64,000 nucleotides of DNA from Candidatus Omnitrophota bacterium (GCA_030650425.1 JAUSED010000008.1:68554-132553), one strand, 5' to 3'; positions 29,594 through 40,326 are shown, counted from the first letter of the stretch. Numbers and translations: made by a program. The notes: a model not told the origin generated them from the sequence alone.

Positions 29594-30549
29594 GGTTAAC
29601 GTTTCATTCAAGATCGCAAGCCATTAAGAATTGTTGGCGATTTATAAAAAGGGCAATTTTTTTTATCCAAAGCAAGCTAAGTAAGTTTATTATATGGTCA
29701 TCACAAATAACGAAAACCGAATTTAGGTTAAGGAATGAGATCAACCGCTATTATGATGATTTTTATTTGCGTAAAGATTTTTCGGAATATATCTCAAGAA
29801 TTTTTAATGGAAAATTGATTCATCTTGATGTGGGTTCACGAGGAGGTTCTTTAGAAATTACCAAAAAATATTCGAAATTTATGGAAATAATAATGTGCGA
29901 ACCTGAGAAGCGGGAAGCTAAAAAATTACGAGAAGAAGGATTTAAGGTAATTGATATGCCATTATCGAAGGATTGCCAAGAAGCGACCTTTTTTGAAACT
30001 CGTATGCCCGCCGGTTCTTCTATTTATAGGCCGCAAGGCCCTTATTTAGATTTTTATGATACTGAGCCGGATTGCTCTTTTCGCTATGAAATTATTAATC
30101 AGCGGGTTATTAACTGTTCTACTCTTTCGAAAGAGCTTTCTAATCTGGGAGTTTTAGATCTTGATTTCTTAAAAATAGATACCCAGGGGGCGGAATTAGA
30201 TGTCTTGATGGGATTAGGAAAATATCGGCCCTTAATTATGCAGGTGGAAATTGAATATTTGCCTTTATATCATAATATGCCAAATGCTTATCAGGTTTGT
30301 CAGTATCTTTTTGAATTAGGCTACATACCTTTTACACTGACATCGCATAATGCCAGGGCCTTATGCCCTATTTGGGGGGATGGCTTTTTTATGCCTAGTT
30401 GGGTAGACCCTAAGGGGATTGAGTTAATTCAAGCCAGAGAAGAAAAGTATATTGCATTAATGCTTATGTTTGGGCAGTTAACTATACTTAAATTTGTTAA
30501 TGAGAAGATTAAGCTGCGCAACGCTAGTTTTATTAAATCATTTAATTAA
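29590..30549 (+). CDS. FkbM-family methyltransferase
   Basis: LDVGSRGG, CEP and DFLKIDTQGAELDVL motifs. Confidence 0.85.
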   Translation: MRLTFHSRSQAIKNCWRFIKRAIFFIQSKLSKFIIWSSQITKTEFRLRNEINRYYDDFYLRKDFSEYISRIFNGKLIHLDVGSRGGSLEITKKYSKFMEIIMCEPEKREAKKLREEGFKVIDMPLSKDCQEATFFETRMPAGSSIYRPQGPYLDFYDTEPDCSFRYEIINQRVINCSTLSKELSNLGVLDLDFLKIDTQGAELDVLMGLGKYRPLIMQVEIEYLPLYHNMPNAYQVCQYLFELGYIPFTLTSHNARALCPIWGDGFFMPSWVDPKGIELIQAREEKYIALMLMFGQLTILKFVNEKIKLRNASFIKSFN

Positions 30550-30558
30550 GAGATACAT

Positions 30559-32370
30559 ATGTTTTCTTCAGCAAGAAAAATATTAAGTTTATTGACGATC
30601 GGCGGCCGAAAGAAATTCTTTTGGTTAATGGCGGCTACTATTGTTATGGCTTTCCTTGATATGATTGGGGTAGCTTCAATATTTCCATTTTTAAGCTTGA
30701 TTTCTAATCCCGAAGCAATTCATACAAATTTAAAATTAAAATGGGTTTATGATACATTTCAATTTACAAACAAAGATAGTTTTCTTATAACTTTGGGTGT
30801 ATTTTCATTTGCTCTTTTGGTAATTAACAACGTTCTTCGAGCCAATATAGCAATGGCATTGCTTCGGTTTACCTGGTATATACGTTATGTTATTTCAAAA
30901 GATTTATTTTCAAAGTATCTTTTTGAACCATATGTATTCTTTCTTAATCGAAATACTTCAGAGCTTACGGCTTATTTGGCTTCAGAGGTGGCTCGGGTTG
31001 TAAGCAGCGTACTTATTCCGGCTGTGCAAGTATGCGCGCAATTTTTGCTTGTTTTGTTGATACTTGTGTTACTAATAATAGTTAATCCGATTATAGCAGT
31101 AGTTGTTTTTATGGTTATTGGCGGCGGGTATGCCATAATTTACGTTTTTACGAAAAAGCGGCTTTCACAAACTGGAAAGAACCTATCAAGGTACAGTAAA
31201 GAAATATTTAAAGCCCTTAATGAAACTTTTGGGGGGATAAAAGAGATTAAACTTTCAGGAAAAGAAGCAGTGTTTATAGAAAAATTTTCTATTCCTACTA
31301 AAAAAAGCGTTAACTGTTATTGCTCTCAATTTTTGATTTCTCAAGTCCCTAAATATGCTTTTGAAGTTTTAGCATTTGGAGGGATATTATTTATTGCGGT
31401 TTATATTGCAATTATTAAAAAAGAACCTCAACAAGTTTTTCCTCTTGTGGGCTTGTACGCGCTAGCCGCATACCGTTTATTTCCTGCGATGCAGCAAGTG
31501 TTTAGCGAACTTACTTCAATACAGTTTGGGTATACCGCATTTGAAAATGTGTATCAAGATTTTCATAATCGTACAAGAAGAAAACACGAAGAAAGAATAG
31601 TTCCTGCGCTAGCGTTGCCTTTTTTAAACGGTATTGAATTTAGAAATTTGGCATTCACTTATCCCAACGCACAAAAACCCGTTATTGAAAATCTTAATTT
31701 CATTATTAAGGCAAATACAACTGTCGGCTTAGTGGGGGGGTCAGGAGCGGGCAAGACTACAATGGTTGATATTTTACTTGGTTTATTGCGCCCCCAAAAG
31801 GGAGAACTCGTTGTAGATGATACGATAATCAGTGACGATAATCTTTTTTCATGGCAGGCTAATATTGGTTATGTTACTCAACATATTTATTTGTGTGATG
31901 ATACTATTACCCGAAATATCGCTTTTGGCGTCCCGGATCAAGAGATTGACCATCAGGCTGTAAAGCGCGCGGCCAAGTTAGCGAATATCGATGATTTTGT
32001 CGTTAATGAGCTTCCTTATGGTTATGATACGGAAATTGGCGAGCGGGGCGTGCGTCTTAGCGGAGGGCAAAGGCAGCGGATAGGTATTGCCAGGGCAATG
32101 TATTACAACCCATCATTACTGGTGTTTGATGAGGCGACAAGCGCGCTTGACGGAATTACGGAAGGAATTATCTTAGAAGCAATTCACAATTTAGCGCATC
32201 AGAAAACTATTATCATCATTGCGCATAGGTTTAGCACGGTTAAAGAGTGTGACGTAATTTATATGCTGGAAAGGGGAAAAATCGTTGGGCAGGGTACGTA
32301 CGCGCAGCTTTTAGATGACAATGAACAATTTCGTCAAATGGCCAAGGTAACTTTAAGAAAGAACGATTAG
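30559..32370 (+). CDS. Fused ABC transporter permease/ATPase (PglK/MsbA-like glycan exporter)
   Basis: N-terminal TM domain; GGSGAGKTT Walker A, LSGGQRQR signature, DEATSALD and IAHR motifs. Confidence 0.92.
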   Translation: MFSSARKILSLLTIGGRKKFFWLMAATIVMAFLDMIGVASIFPFLSLISNPEAIHTNLKLKWVYDTFQFTNKDSFLITLGVFSFALLVINNVLRANIAMALLRFTWYIRYVISKDLFSKYLFEPYVFFLNRNTSELTAYLASEVARVVSSVLIPAVQVCAQFLLVLLILVLLIIVNPIIAVVVFMVIGGGYAIIYVFTKKRLSQTGKNLSRYSKEIFKALNETFGGIKEIKLSGKEAVFIEKFSIPTKKSVNCYCSQFLISQVPKYAFEVLAFGGILFIAVYIAIIKKEPQQVFPLVGLYALAAYRLFPAMQQVFSELTSIQFGYTAFENVYQDFHNRTRRKHEERIVPALALPFLNGIEFRNLAFTYPNAQKPVIENLNFIIKANTTVGLVGGSGAGKTTMVDILLGLLRPQKGELVVDDTIISDDNLFSWQANIGYVTQHIYLCDDTITRNIAFGVPDQEIDHQAVKRAAKLANIDDFVVNELPYGYDTEIGERGVRLSGGQRQRIGIARAMYYNPSLLVFDEATSALDGITEGIILEAIHNLAHQKTIIIIAHRFSTVKECDVIYMLERGKIVGQGTYAQLLDDNEQFRQMAKVTLRKND

Positions 32371-32376
32371 GGAAAT

Positions 32377-34521
32377 ATGGCGGTTAATTCAAGGAAAAAA
32401 ATTTTAATTACAGGCGCGAGCGGAGTTTTAGGCAGCAACCTCACGTTTTTCTTTAAAGATTATTTTGATGTTATCGGAGTTTATCATTCGCATCCTGTTT
32501 CTATGGCTGCGGCAGAAATGGTTCAGGCGGACCTTTGTGATGCGAGAATAGTTACAGGCTTGGTAGTAAAGTATAAACCAGATGTTATTATTCATTGTGC
32601 CGCGCAGGTGGATGTAGATGCCTGTGAGGAGAATCCTAAGCTTGCGCATCGAAAGAATGTGGAGATGACGCGTAATATTGTTAATGCCATAAGAAACCGG
32701 AAGGCCAAATTAGTTTTCATTTCAACGGATCTTGTTTATGGCCCATCAAACAGGCCTCATAAAGAAGAGGATGTTCTTTTGCCATGCAATGAATATGGCC
32801 GCACCAAAGTTTTGGCGGAGGAAGTTGTCCTCAAGAGAAAAGGCGCACTTGTTTTAAGAACAAATTTTTTTGGATGGAGTGTTGGTGGAAGAAAGAGCCT
32901 TGGGGAATGGGTGATTGAATCTTTGAGCCAGAATGTTCGAATCCAGGGGTTTAAAGATGTCCATTTTTCTTCTATCTATACGTTTGATCTAGCGGAAATT
33001 CTAAGTCGGTGCTTACGAAAGAATTTAAGCGGAGTGTTTAATCTGGGATCAGCCACTTCTTTATCTAAATATGAGTTTTTGAGAAGTATAGGGAATTCTC
33101 TATCTCTCAACGTCTCTTTGGTTGATAAGATCTCTGTTGATGATTTACCTTTACGCGCGGCGCGCAACAAGAATACCATAATGGATATCCGCAAAATCTC
33201 TATGGCGCTGGGTATAAAACTTCCTACTCTGGAAGATTCTCTTGAGCACTTTGTGGTTCATTATCGTAAAGGGATGTCTCGAGTAATTTGTGGGTCAGAG
33301 GCCTGTTATCCCGAATTAGACTATATTCCTTACGGACGGCAGTGGATTGATGAAGAAGATATTAACGCGGTTGTTCAAGTGCTTAAATCGCCCAATTTAG
33401 CTCAAGGCCCAAAAATTATTGAGTTTGAGTATGCTCTTGCGCAATATGCTGGCGCGGAATATTGCGCGGCGCTTAATTCAGGAACATCCGCCCTTCACGC
33501 GGCGTGTCTTGCTATTGGCATTAAGAAGGGCGACGAAGTTATCACGTCCGCGAATACTTTTGTGGCATCGTCCAATTGTGTTGTTTATTGCGGGGGGACT
33601 CCTATTTTCGCGGATATAGACCTTAAAACATACAATCTTTCTCATCTTGATGTTGAAAAAAAGATTACAGCAAGGACCAAAGCTGTTATTCTTGTTCATT
33701 TTGCCGGGCAGAGCTGTGATATGCAGGTTCTTTGTTCAGTGGTGCGTAAAAAAGAAAAGCAATTTGGACGAAAAATCTATATTATCGAAGATGCTTCTCA
33801 TGCTTTGGGGTCTTGTTATAAGAAGGCCCCGGTAGGAAATTGCCGGTTTTCAGATATGGCGGTTTTAAGTTTTCATCCGGTTAAACATATTACAACTGGG
33901 GAAGGAGGAGCTGTTTTAACGAATAGCAAAGAGATGTATCGCAAGGTCTGTTATTTTCGTTCTCATGGGATCACCGGATTCCCAGAGGAACTCACGAATC
34001 AACCAGAGGGATTTGAGGAAGTGCGCAATAGAGGGCTAATGAAAAAACCATGGTATTATGAACAGCTTTATCTTGGGTATAATTATCGCATCACCGATAT
34101 TCAGTGTGCTTTGGGTATATCTCAACTACGTAAATTAGCCATGTTTAAGGAGCGCCGCCGGCAGATTTGGGATTTTTATAATCGTTGTTTTAAAAATGAA
34201 GGACTTTTAGTTATTCCTTATGAAAGTCAGGATGCGGATAGTAATTTTCATCTGTATGTGGTATTGATTGATTTCGTGGCTCTAAATAAAACCCGGACAG
34301 AAGTAATGCTGGCATTAAAAGATTTTGGCGTCGGTACCCAAGTTCACTATATTCCGGTGTATACACATCCATTTTATCGCGATCGATTTAACGGGACTTG
34401 GGGAGATTGCCCTAATGCTGAAAAATATTATAAAAAATGTCTTTCTCTTCCTATTTTTCCAGCAATGAAAGATAGGGATGTCAGAAAAGTAATTGAGTCT
34501 ATTTATAAGGTCCTAAATTAG
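32377..34521 (+). CDS. pseC: Fusion of an RmlD-like reductase and a PseC-like PLP aminotransferase
   Basis: N-terminal ITGASGVLG, VDACE, ISTD and YGRTK; C-terminal IPYGRQWI, NSGTSALH, EDASHALG, SFHPVKHITTGEGG and LGYNYRITD. Confidence 0.88.
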   Translation: MAVNSRKKILITGASGVLGSNLTFFFKDYFDVIGVYHSHPVSMAAAEMVQADLCDARIVTGLVVKYKPDVIIHCAAQVDVDACEENPKLAHRKNVEMTRNIVNAIRNRKAKLVFISTDLVYGPSNRPHKEEDVLLPCNEYGRTKVLAEEVVLKRKGALVLRTNFFGWSVGGRKSLGEWVIESLSQNVRIQGFKDVHFSSIYTFDLAEILSRCLRKNLSGVFNLGSATSLSKYEFLRSIGNSLSLNVSLVDKISVDDLPLRAARNKNTIMDIRKISMALGIKLPTLEDSLEHFVVHYRKGMSRVICGSEACYPELDYIPYGRQWIDEEDINAVVQVLKSPNLAQGPKIIEFEYALAQYAGAEYCAALNSGTSALHAACLAIGIKKGDEVITSANTFVASSNCVVYCGGTPIFADIDLKTYNLSHLDVEKKITARTKAVILVHFAGQSCDMQVLCSVVRKKEKQFGRKIYIIEDASHALGSCYKKAPVGNCRFSDMAVLSFHPVKHITTGEGGAVLTNSKEMYRKVCYFRSHGITGFPEELTNQPEGFEEVRNRGLMKKPWYYEQLYLGYNYRITDIQCALGISQLRKLAMFKERRRQIWDFYNRCFKNEGLLVIPYESQDADSNFHLYVVLIDFVALNKTRTEVMLALKDFGVGTQVHYIPVYTHPFYRDRFNGTWGDCPNAEKYYKKCLSLPIFPAMKDRDVRKVIESIYKVLN

Positions 34522-34545
34522 GCCCTTTATAAAAGGGGGTAATCG

Positions 34546-36156
34546 TTGAGGGTTCTTTTGGTAGTTCCTGATTATGGAACTAGGAAGTATTTTATGCCGG
34601 TAGGCATTATGTATGTTTCTGCTTATTTAAAACAACAGAAGCATGATGTTATTTGCCTTAATCAAAATCATTATCCAGCTGGCCGTCTTAAAGAGTTGTT
34701 GCAAGAAATGCCTTTTGATGTGGTTGCGACCGGAGGACTTTTTGTCGATATTGTTATTTGTCAGAATGTTATTCGAACCGTTCGAGAATACGATCCCAAC
34801 ATAAAAGTGATTTTGGGAGGAGCTATTGCTTCTGCTGACCCGGAGTTTATTATGGGAGAATTGAAGCCGGATTTTTTAGTGATTGGTGAAGGAGAACGGA
34901 CAGCGGATTTACTTTTGAAGGCATTAGAAAATAGAACGTCTCTACGGCAGGTCAATGGTATTGGATTTATCGAAGAGGGAAAGTTGGTAAAAACGCCTCC
35001 GACTTCCTTGATTAAGGATCTTGATACTCTTCCTTTACCGGATTACGAAGGATTTGAATATAATGATTATTTAGATCGAGTTTCTTCGCGTAATCCACAA
35101 CTTTGCTCTATTCGAGGTAATGATCATATGGTAAGGATGGCTCCTGTGTTCTCTAGCCGTGATTGTGTAGCTAAGTGCACGTTTTGCTACCGGCTCATGG
35201 GAGGCAAGTACCGTCTTCGTTCCATTCGCAATGTTATTCGTGAGATTCATTATTTGGTAGATCGTTACAAGGTCAATGAAATTTCTGTTCTTGATGAGAT
35301 GTTCGTGACAGGGAAAGATCGAATTCAGGAGTTTTGTGAGGCTATCAAACCGCTGGGGATTCCTTGGCAGTGTCAGTCGCGAGTGACGGCGGTTAATGAT
35401 GAGATTTTAATAATGATGAAAGAATCGGGATGTTATTTTATTAGTTATGGTTTTGAGAGCGGAAGCCCGACCGTCTTAAAAAGTATGCGCAAGGGAGTTT
35501 CGCCGGAAAGTATGGAGCGGGCGATCAGGTCTACGCAAAAGGCTCGGATGGCGATTCAGGGAAATTTTATTTTTGGTGATCCGGCAGAGACGATGGCCAC
35601 AGCTAGAGAAACAATTCAATTCTCGAGAAAATTTGAGCGCCTTTTTTTGGGGTATGGATTTATTTTTCCTTATCCAGGAACGGAACTTTATAGCAGGCTG
35701 GTCTTACAGGGAAAGATGCCTGATCGGCGGTTATTTTATGAATGCCCCGGGCATAAGTTTTATAATATGACGAACCTGTCAGATATTGATTTTCAGGTAT
35801 TAGTTATGAAGGTCCGGGTTGAACAATTTCGTCGTAACTTACTTTCATCAGGCAAAATTCTCAGTTTAAAGAAAAAGGAGAAGGGTTGGTATTTAATTGA
35901 TTTTCGTTGTCACCATTGCGGCGGTGACAACCCTGGGTGCCTGATGGAGTCTTCCGGGAAGAATATAATAATATGTAAATATTGTTATCAACGGAATGGA
36001 TTTGATCGTGCTGACATCAGGTTTGGAGATGCCCGGGCATTTATCAAAAAGATTCTTTTCTTTTATGTGATGTCGATTCCGGGTTCCTTGTTTTTTTTTA
36101 AGGCTCGTTGTTACTTACGCAATATGAAGGCATGGTTAAAAAAAGGATGTGTATAA
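34546..36156 (+). CDS. B12-binding radical SAM enzyme
   Basis: N-terminal cobalamin-binding domain (LGG, GEGE); RDCVAKCTFC and GFESGS motifs; C-terminal CxxC pairs. Confidence 0.88.
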   Translation: MRVLLVVPDYGTRKYFMPVGIMYVSAYLKQQKHDVICLNQNHYPAGRLKELLQEMPFDVVATGGLFVDIVICQNVIRTVREYDPNIKVILGGAIASADPEFIMGELKPDFLVIGEGERTADLLLKALENRTSLRQVNGIGFIEEGKLVKTPPTSLIKDLDTLPLPDYEGFEYNDYLDRVSSRNPQLCSIRGNDHMVRMAPVFSSRDCVAKCTFCYRLMGGKYRLRSIRNVIREIHYLVDRYKVNEISVLDEMFVTGKDRIQEFCEAIKPLGIPWQCQSRVTAVNDEILIMMKESGCYFISYGFESGSPTVLKSMRKGVSPESMERAIRSTQKARMAIQGNFIFGDPAETMATARETIQFSRKFERLFLGYGFIFPYPGTELYSRLVLQGKMPDRRLFYECPGHKFYNMTNLSDIDFQVLVMKVRVEQFRRNLLSSGKILSLKKKEKGWYLIDFRCHHCGGDNPGCLMESSGKNIIICKYCYQRNGFDRADIRFGDARAFIKKILFFYVMSIPGSLFFFKARCYLRNMKAWLKKGCV

Positions 36157-36162
36157 AATATC

Positions 36163-37479
36163 ATGAATCTTCAAAAATCGCAGGAGTGCCAAAATAAAGC
36201 CCGTAAATTAATACCCGGTATGACACAGCTTTTGTCCAAACGGCCGGATATGTTTTCGCTTGGTGTGTGGCCAACGTATTACAGTAAGTCCAAAGGCGCG
36301 AAAGTTTGGGATTTAGACGGTAATGTTTATATTGATATGAGTATTGCTGGTATTGGGGCTAATATTCTTGGTTACGCTGATCAGGATATTAATGCCGCGG
36401 TAATTGACGCGATTAAGAACGGTTCAAGTTCATCGTTGAATTGTCCGGAGGAAGTTGATCTTGCGGAAGAATTGTGTAGTTTGCATCCTTGGGCGCAGAT
36501 GGTCCGTTTCGCGCGTAGTGGCGGCGAGTCTATGGCGGTTGCGGTGCGTATTGCGCGGGCGCATACCGGCCGTGATCTTGTGGTGATTTGTGGTTACCAC
36601 GGCTGGCATGACTGGTATCTAGCCGCTAATCTTGGTACCGAGAACGCTTTGGGAGAGCATCTTATTCCTGGATTAAGCCCAACCGGCGTGCCAAAAGCGC
36701 TTAAAGGCACAACGTTAACATTTAAATATAATGATATCGATAGTCTTAAAACGGTGATTGCCGCGCATAAGGGTGAGGTTGCGGCTATTGTTATGGAGCC
36801 GGTGCGTAATATCCAGCCTACGCAGGGTTTTTTGCAGGGTGTTAGATTGCTGACTGATCAGGCAGGCGCTATATTTATTTTTGATGAAATTTCATCAGGT
36901 TTTCGTTTGAATTGTGGTGGGGCGCATATTCTTTACGGGGTTGATCCGGATATAGCAGTTTTTTCAAAGGCTTTGGGCAATGGTTATCCTATTGCGGCTA
37001 TTATTGGCCGTGCCTTCGTTATGGAGTCGGCGCAGAAAAGTTTTATCAGCAGCACGATGTGGACGGAACGTATTGGCCCTGTTGCGGCATTGGCAATGAT
37101 AAAGAAGTTTCGCGCTTTTAAAGCGCACGAGCATCTAATGGAAATAGGGAGGTTGGTCCAGAAGGGTTGGGAGGTTGTTAGTAAGCGTCATGGCTTGCCG
37201 GTTAAGATTTCTGGAATCTATCCGCTTGGTCATTTTGTTTTTGATGATCAGGATCAGCCGGTTATGAAAGCATTTTTTGTGCAGGAAATGCTGGCGAAAG
37301 GATTTTTGGCATCGAACGTTTTTTATTCCATGTTAGCGCATACCAAAGAAGATGTTGAGGCATATTTGATGGCGGCGGATGAGGTGTTTGGGCGCATTAG
37401 GCAGTTAAAAGATAGCGGTAGACTGCGCTCCGCGCTGAAAGGCGAGCCGTCAGCTTCGGGTTTTAAGCGGATGACTTAA
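36163..37479 (+). CDS. Class III PLP aminotransferase (glutamate-1-semialdehyde aminomutase-like)
   Basis: DLDGN, RSGGE, YHGWHDW, FDEISSGFR and FSKALGNGYPI motifs. Confidence 0.88.
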   Translation: MNLQKSQECQNKARKLIPGMTQLLSKRPDMFSLGVWPTYYSKSKGAKVWDLDGNVYIDMSIAGIGANILGYADQDINAAVIDAIKNGSSSSLNCPEEVDLAEELCSLHPWAQMVRFARSGGESMAVAVRIARAHTGRDLVVICGYHGWHDWYLAANLGTENALGEHLIPGLSPTGVPKALKGTTLTFKYNDIDSLKTVIAAHKGEVAAIVMEPVRNIQPTQGFLQGVRLLTDQAGAIFIFDEISSGFRLNCGGAHILYGVDPDIAVFSKALGNGYPIAAIIGRAFVMESAQKSFISSTMWTERIGPVAALAMIKKFRAFKAHEHLMEIGRLVQKGWEVVSKRHGLPVKISGIYPLGHFVFDDQDQPVMKAFFVQEMLAKGFLASNVFYSMLAHTKEDVEAYLMAADEVFGRIRQLKDSGRLRSALKGEPSASGFKRMT

Positions 37480-38367
37480 ATGACCGATAGATTAGTTCTT
37501 GGCACTGTTCAATTGGGCATGCCATATGGTATTAGCAATAAAACTGGAAAGCCGGATTTTAATAGTGCATGCGATATGATTAAAACGGCTTTTGATCAAG
37601 ATATTGCATGTTTTGATACCGCCCAGGCTTACGGGGATAGCGAAGAGGTTTTGGGAAGAGTCTTTGCTAAACTTAAGGTAGGCGCGCAGGTAAAGGTTTA
37701 TAGTAAATTGCATCCGCGGCTTGATTTGCATGACGAAGACGCCGTTAGGCAATCAGTTGAGGATTCTTTGCGCAAGCTTAATATGGACCAGCTTGAAGGT
37801 TTGTTGTTGCATGGCGAAGATGGGATACGATTTTGGGATGAAGGGTTGGGCAATGTGTTGAGGGGATTGGTTATCCGGGGGAAAGTGAAGTTGATCGGTG
37901 TTTCGTTTTATACTCCAGAAAAAGCCCTTGATGCTTTGGATGTTGACGGAATCGACATGATACAGGTGCCAGCCAATATATTTGACCGTCGGTTTGAGGA
38001 TGCCGGTGTCTTTAGAAAGGCTCAAGAGCGCGGTAAAGAAGTTTTTATACGTAGCGTGTTTCTTCAGGGCCTTCTTCTGATGGAACCGGAGGCTATCCCT
38101 GAGAAGGTGTGGCTGGCAAGAAGAGCGGTGGCTGAGTTCGCAAAGCTTGCTTCTGTGTGGCGGTTAGATCGTAAAGAGCTGGCCTTAAGATATGTGTTGA
38201 GCAAATGGCGGTATGCGCGGGTAGTCGTTGGAGCAGAAACTGCGCAGCAGGTGGCAGAAAACGTCAAGATCGCTATTCAAGATTTACCCCAGGAATGCAT
38301 GCATCAAATTGATAAGGCATTTAAAAGAGTAGAGCAGAAAATTATTAACCCCGCTGAATGGGCGTAA
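37480..38367 (+). CDS. Aldo/keto reductase
   Basis: LGTVQLGMPYG, DTAQAYGDSE, IGVS and RSVFLQGLL motifs. Confidence 0.9.
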   Translation: MTDRLVLGTVQLGMPYGISNKTGKPDFNSACDMIKTAFDQDIACFDTAQAYGDSEEVLGRVFAKLKVGAQVKVYSKLHPRLDLHDEDAVRQSVEDSLRKLNMDQLEGLLLHGEDGIRFWDEGLGNVLRGLVIRGKVKLIGVSFYTPEKALDALDVDGIDMIQVPANIFDRRFEDAGVFRKAQERGKEVFIRSVFLQGLLLMEPEAIPEKVWLARRAVAEFAKLASVWRLDRKELALRYVLSKWRYARVVVGAETAQQVAENVKIAIQDLPQECMHQIDKAFKRVEQKIINPAEWA

Positions 38368-38391
38368 AAATATCGGAGGCAAAAAGTTATC

Positions 38392-39771
38392 ATGAAAGAG
38401 AAGGTTGTTTTATTTTATCCGAGTTTCACAGGCAGCGGTAAATATCATTGGGCGCCATTCCCCTATATTTATTTAGGGCCTTTCTTGGAGAAGGAGGGGT
38501 TTGAAGTCCGGGTGATTGACGCCCGCGTGGATTCGCAATGGAGAATCGTTCTTAAGCGCGCCTTGGACGGTGCCCTTTGCCTAGGGGTTACCTCAATGAC
38601 TGGGCCGGATTATAATGATGCCGTCGAGGCTACGCGTATTGCCAAGGCGATAGATTCTTGGTTCCCTGTGATCTGGGGAGGCCCCCAGGCAACGGATCAG
38701 ACCAGCCTTATCGCGGATATTGCCAGCGTCGATGTAGTGGTCAGGGGGCAGGGAGAGATTGTTTTACGGGAATTTGTTCAGAGGCTTGCTGCGGGCAAGC
38801 CGTATAATGACCTGAAGGGGATTGTGTATAAACACGGGGGAGTTGTTTACGAAAATAAGCCGGCCGAACCGATCCCGTTTGATTATGATATTTTTGAAGG
38901 TTGGCATCTTTTGGATATTGAAAAATACCGTTCCCCGAACAATATTGTTGCTATTTTTACAGCCAGAGGTTGCCCGTTCTCCTGCACTTTTTGCACTACC
39001 GGGGCAAAATCATATTCTGAGCGCAGCTTTGAACAGGTTCAAAGACAGGTTCTATATGTTGTTAATGACCTTAAGTTTGACAACATTTTCATTCAGGATG
39101 GGACTTATTTTTTTAATAAGGACAGGGTTCTAAAAATAGCTCGTTGGTTTGTTGACGTTAACCTGAATATTAAGTGGAAGGCCAAGGCGCGTGCGAATAC
39201 GTTGTTCATCTATTCTGATGAAGAAATGCGCCTATTGAAGAAGTCAGGCCTTGTTTCGATATTCTTTGGAATGGAGTCAGGCTCTGATAAGGTATTGAAG
39301 AATATGAATAAGAATATTAAATCACAAGACGCGGAAAGAAGCGCTAAGATTTGCCGCAGCCATGGCATAGAATTTTATGCATCGTATATGTTCGCTACGC
39401 CTTATGAAACAGTTGAAGACCTTAAAGCTACGATTGAGAGTATGAGACGCATTAAGCAAGTTAATCCAGATGCAGTCATCCAAAATTGTATTTATCTGCC
39501 GCTTCCGGGGACGCCGATGTATGAGCAGGCGCGAGCCTGCGGGTTTGTCCCTCACCTGACTATTGAGGAATGGGGGAACCGGAAGGTAGCGACACACTTT
39601 GATTCAAAAGATTTGGTTACTTGGATTCCCGAAGATATCCTACAGGAGTATATCAAGGTTTATTCACAGGAATTCACGGGTTATAAAAATCTGTGGGAGC
39701 GTGAACTCGATGGTTCATATAAATCGGTATTTAATTCGCCTTCTGGCTCAGAAATGGAGGCTGAAGGTTAA
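38392..39771 (+). CDS. B12-binding radical SAM enzyme
   Basis: WGGPQ, GQGE, RGCPFSCTFC, GMESGS and PLPGTP motifs. Confidence 0.9.
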   Translation: MKEKVVLFYPSFTGSGKYHWAPFPYIYLGPFLEKEGFEVRVIDARVDSQWRIVLKRALDGALCLGVTSMTGPDYNDAVEATRIAKAIDSWFPVIWGGPQATDQTSLIADIASVDVVVRGQGEIVLREFVQRLAAGKPYNDLKGIVYKHGGVVYENKPAEPIPFDYDIFEGWHLLDIEKYRSPNNIVAIFTARGCPFSCTFCTTGAKSYSERSFEQVQRQVLYVVNDLKFDNIFIQDGTYFFNKDRVLKIARWFVDVNLNIKWKAKARANTLFIYSDEEMRLLKKSGLVSIFFGMESGSDKVLKNMNKNIKSQDAERSAKICRSHGIEFYASYMFATPYETVEDLKATIESMRRIKQVNPDAVIQNCIYLPLPGTPMYEQARACGFVPHLTIEEWGNRKVATHFDSKDLVTWIPEDILQEYIKVYSQEFTGYKNLWERELDGSYKSVFNSPSGSEMEAEG

Positions 39772-40310
39772 TGGATACGCTGATAGGAGAGAGGATATAT
39801 TTTAAGAAGCTTGATCCGGATGGGCTTTCGTCATCCTATGTATCTTGGATGAAAGATACAGGGGTTGTGCGGTTTTTGGATAACCCTACTGGAGATTTCA
39901 ACGAAGTCCGCCTAAAAGAATTTGTCTCTAAGATGAATGCAAGCGGACGGGACTATCTTTTTGGTATTTTTTTGAACAAGGATTCCAGACATATCGGTAA
40001 TATTAAGCTGGGTAATGTTCATTCTGTTCATCGGTTCGCTGACCTTGGTATTATTATTGGAGCAAAAGACTGCTGGGGGAGGGGATACGCTACGGAGGCC
40101 GTTTGCCTTTTGACAGATTATGCTTTTGGGCCTTTAAGATTGCGTAAGGTGATTGCCGGAATGTTGGCCGTTAACCAGGCCTCGTACAAAGTTTTTTTAA
40201 AGGCAGGATATCGCGAGGTTGGCCGTTATGCTAAACATCGGCTGGTAAATGGTGTTTTTGTTGATTCTATTATTGTTGAAAAGTGTGCGGATGGGGCAGT
40301 ACCTGGTTAA
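39771..40310 (+). CDS. GNAT N-acyltransferase (RimJ/RimL-like)
   Basis: HIGNIKLG, WGRGYATEA and NQAS...F.KAGY motifs. Confidence 0.88.
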   Translation: MDTLIGERIYFKKLDPDGLSSSYVSWMKDTGVVRFLDNPTGDFNEVRLKEFVSKMNASGRDYLFGIFLNKDSRHIGNIKLGNVHSVHRFADLGIIIGAKDCWGRGYATEAVCLLTDYAFGPLRLRKVIAGMLAVNQASYKVFLKAGYREVGRYAKHRLVNGVFVDSIIVEKCADGAVPG

Positions 40311-40326
40311 TAAGAAGTGGTGAGAT

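Noticed and set aside
31734-31740. G7 tract in the ABC gene, plus T9 at 36091-36099 and several A8 runs, as possible phase-variation sites
   Set aside because: The tracts are short, the frames are intact, and such runs are expected in AT-rich or Gly-coding sequence
36163-37479. Assignment as hemL, and likewise serA (61090), asnB (48123) and housekeeping tal/tkt
   Set aside because: Context in a glycan locus and divergence point to specialised paralogs, so gene symbols were withheld
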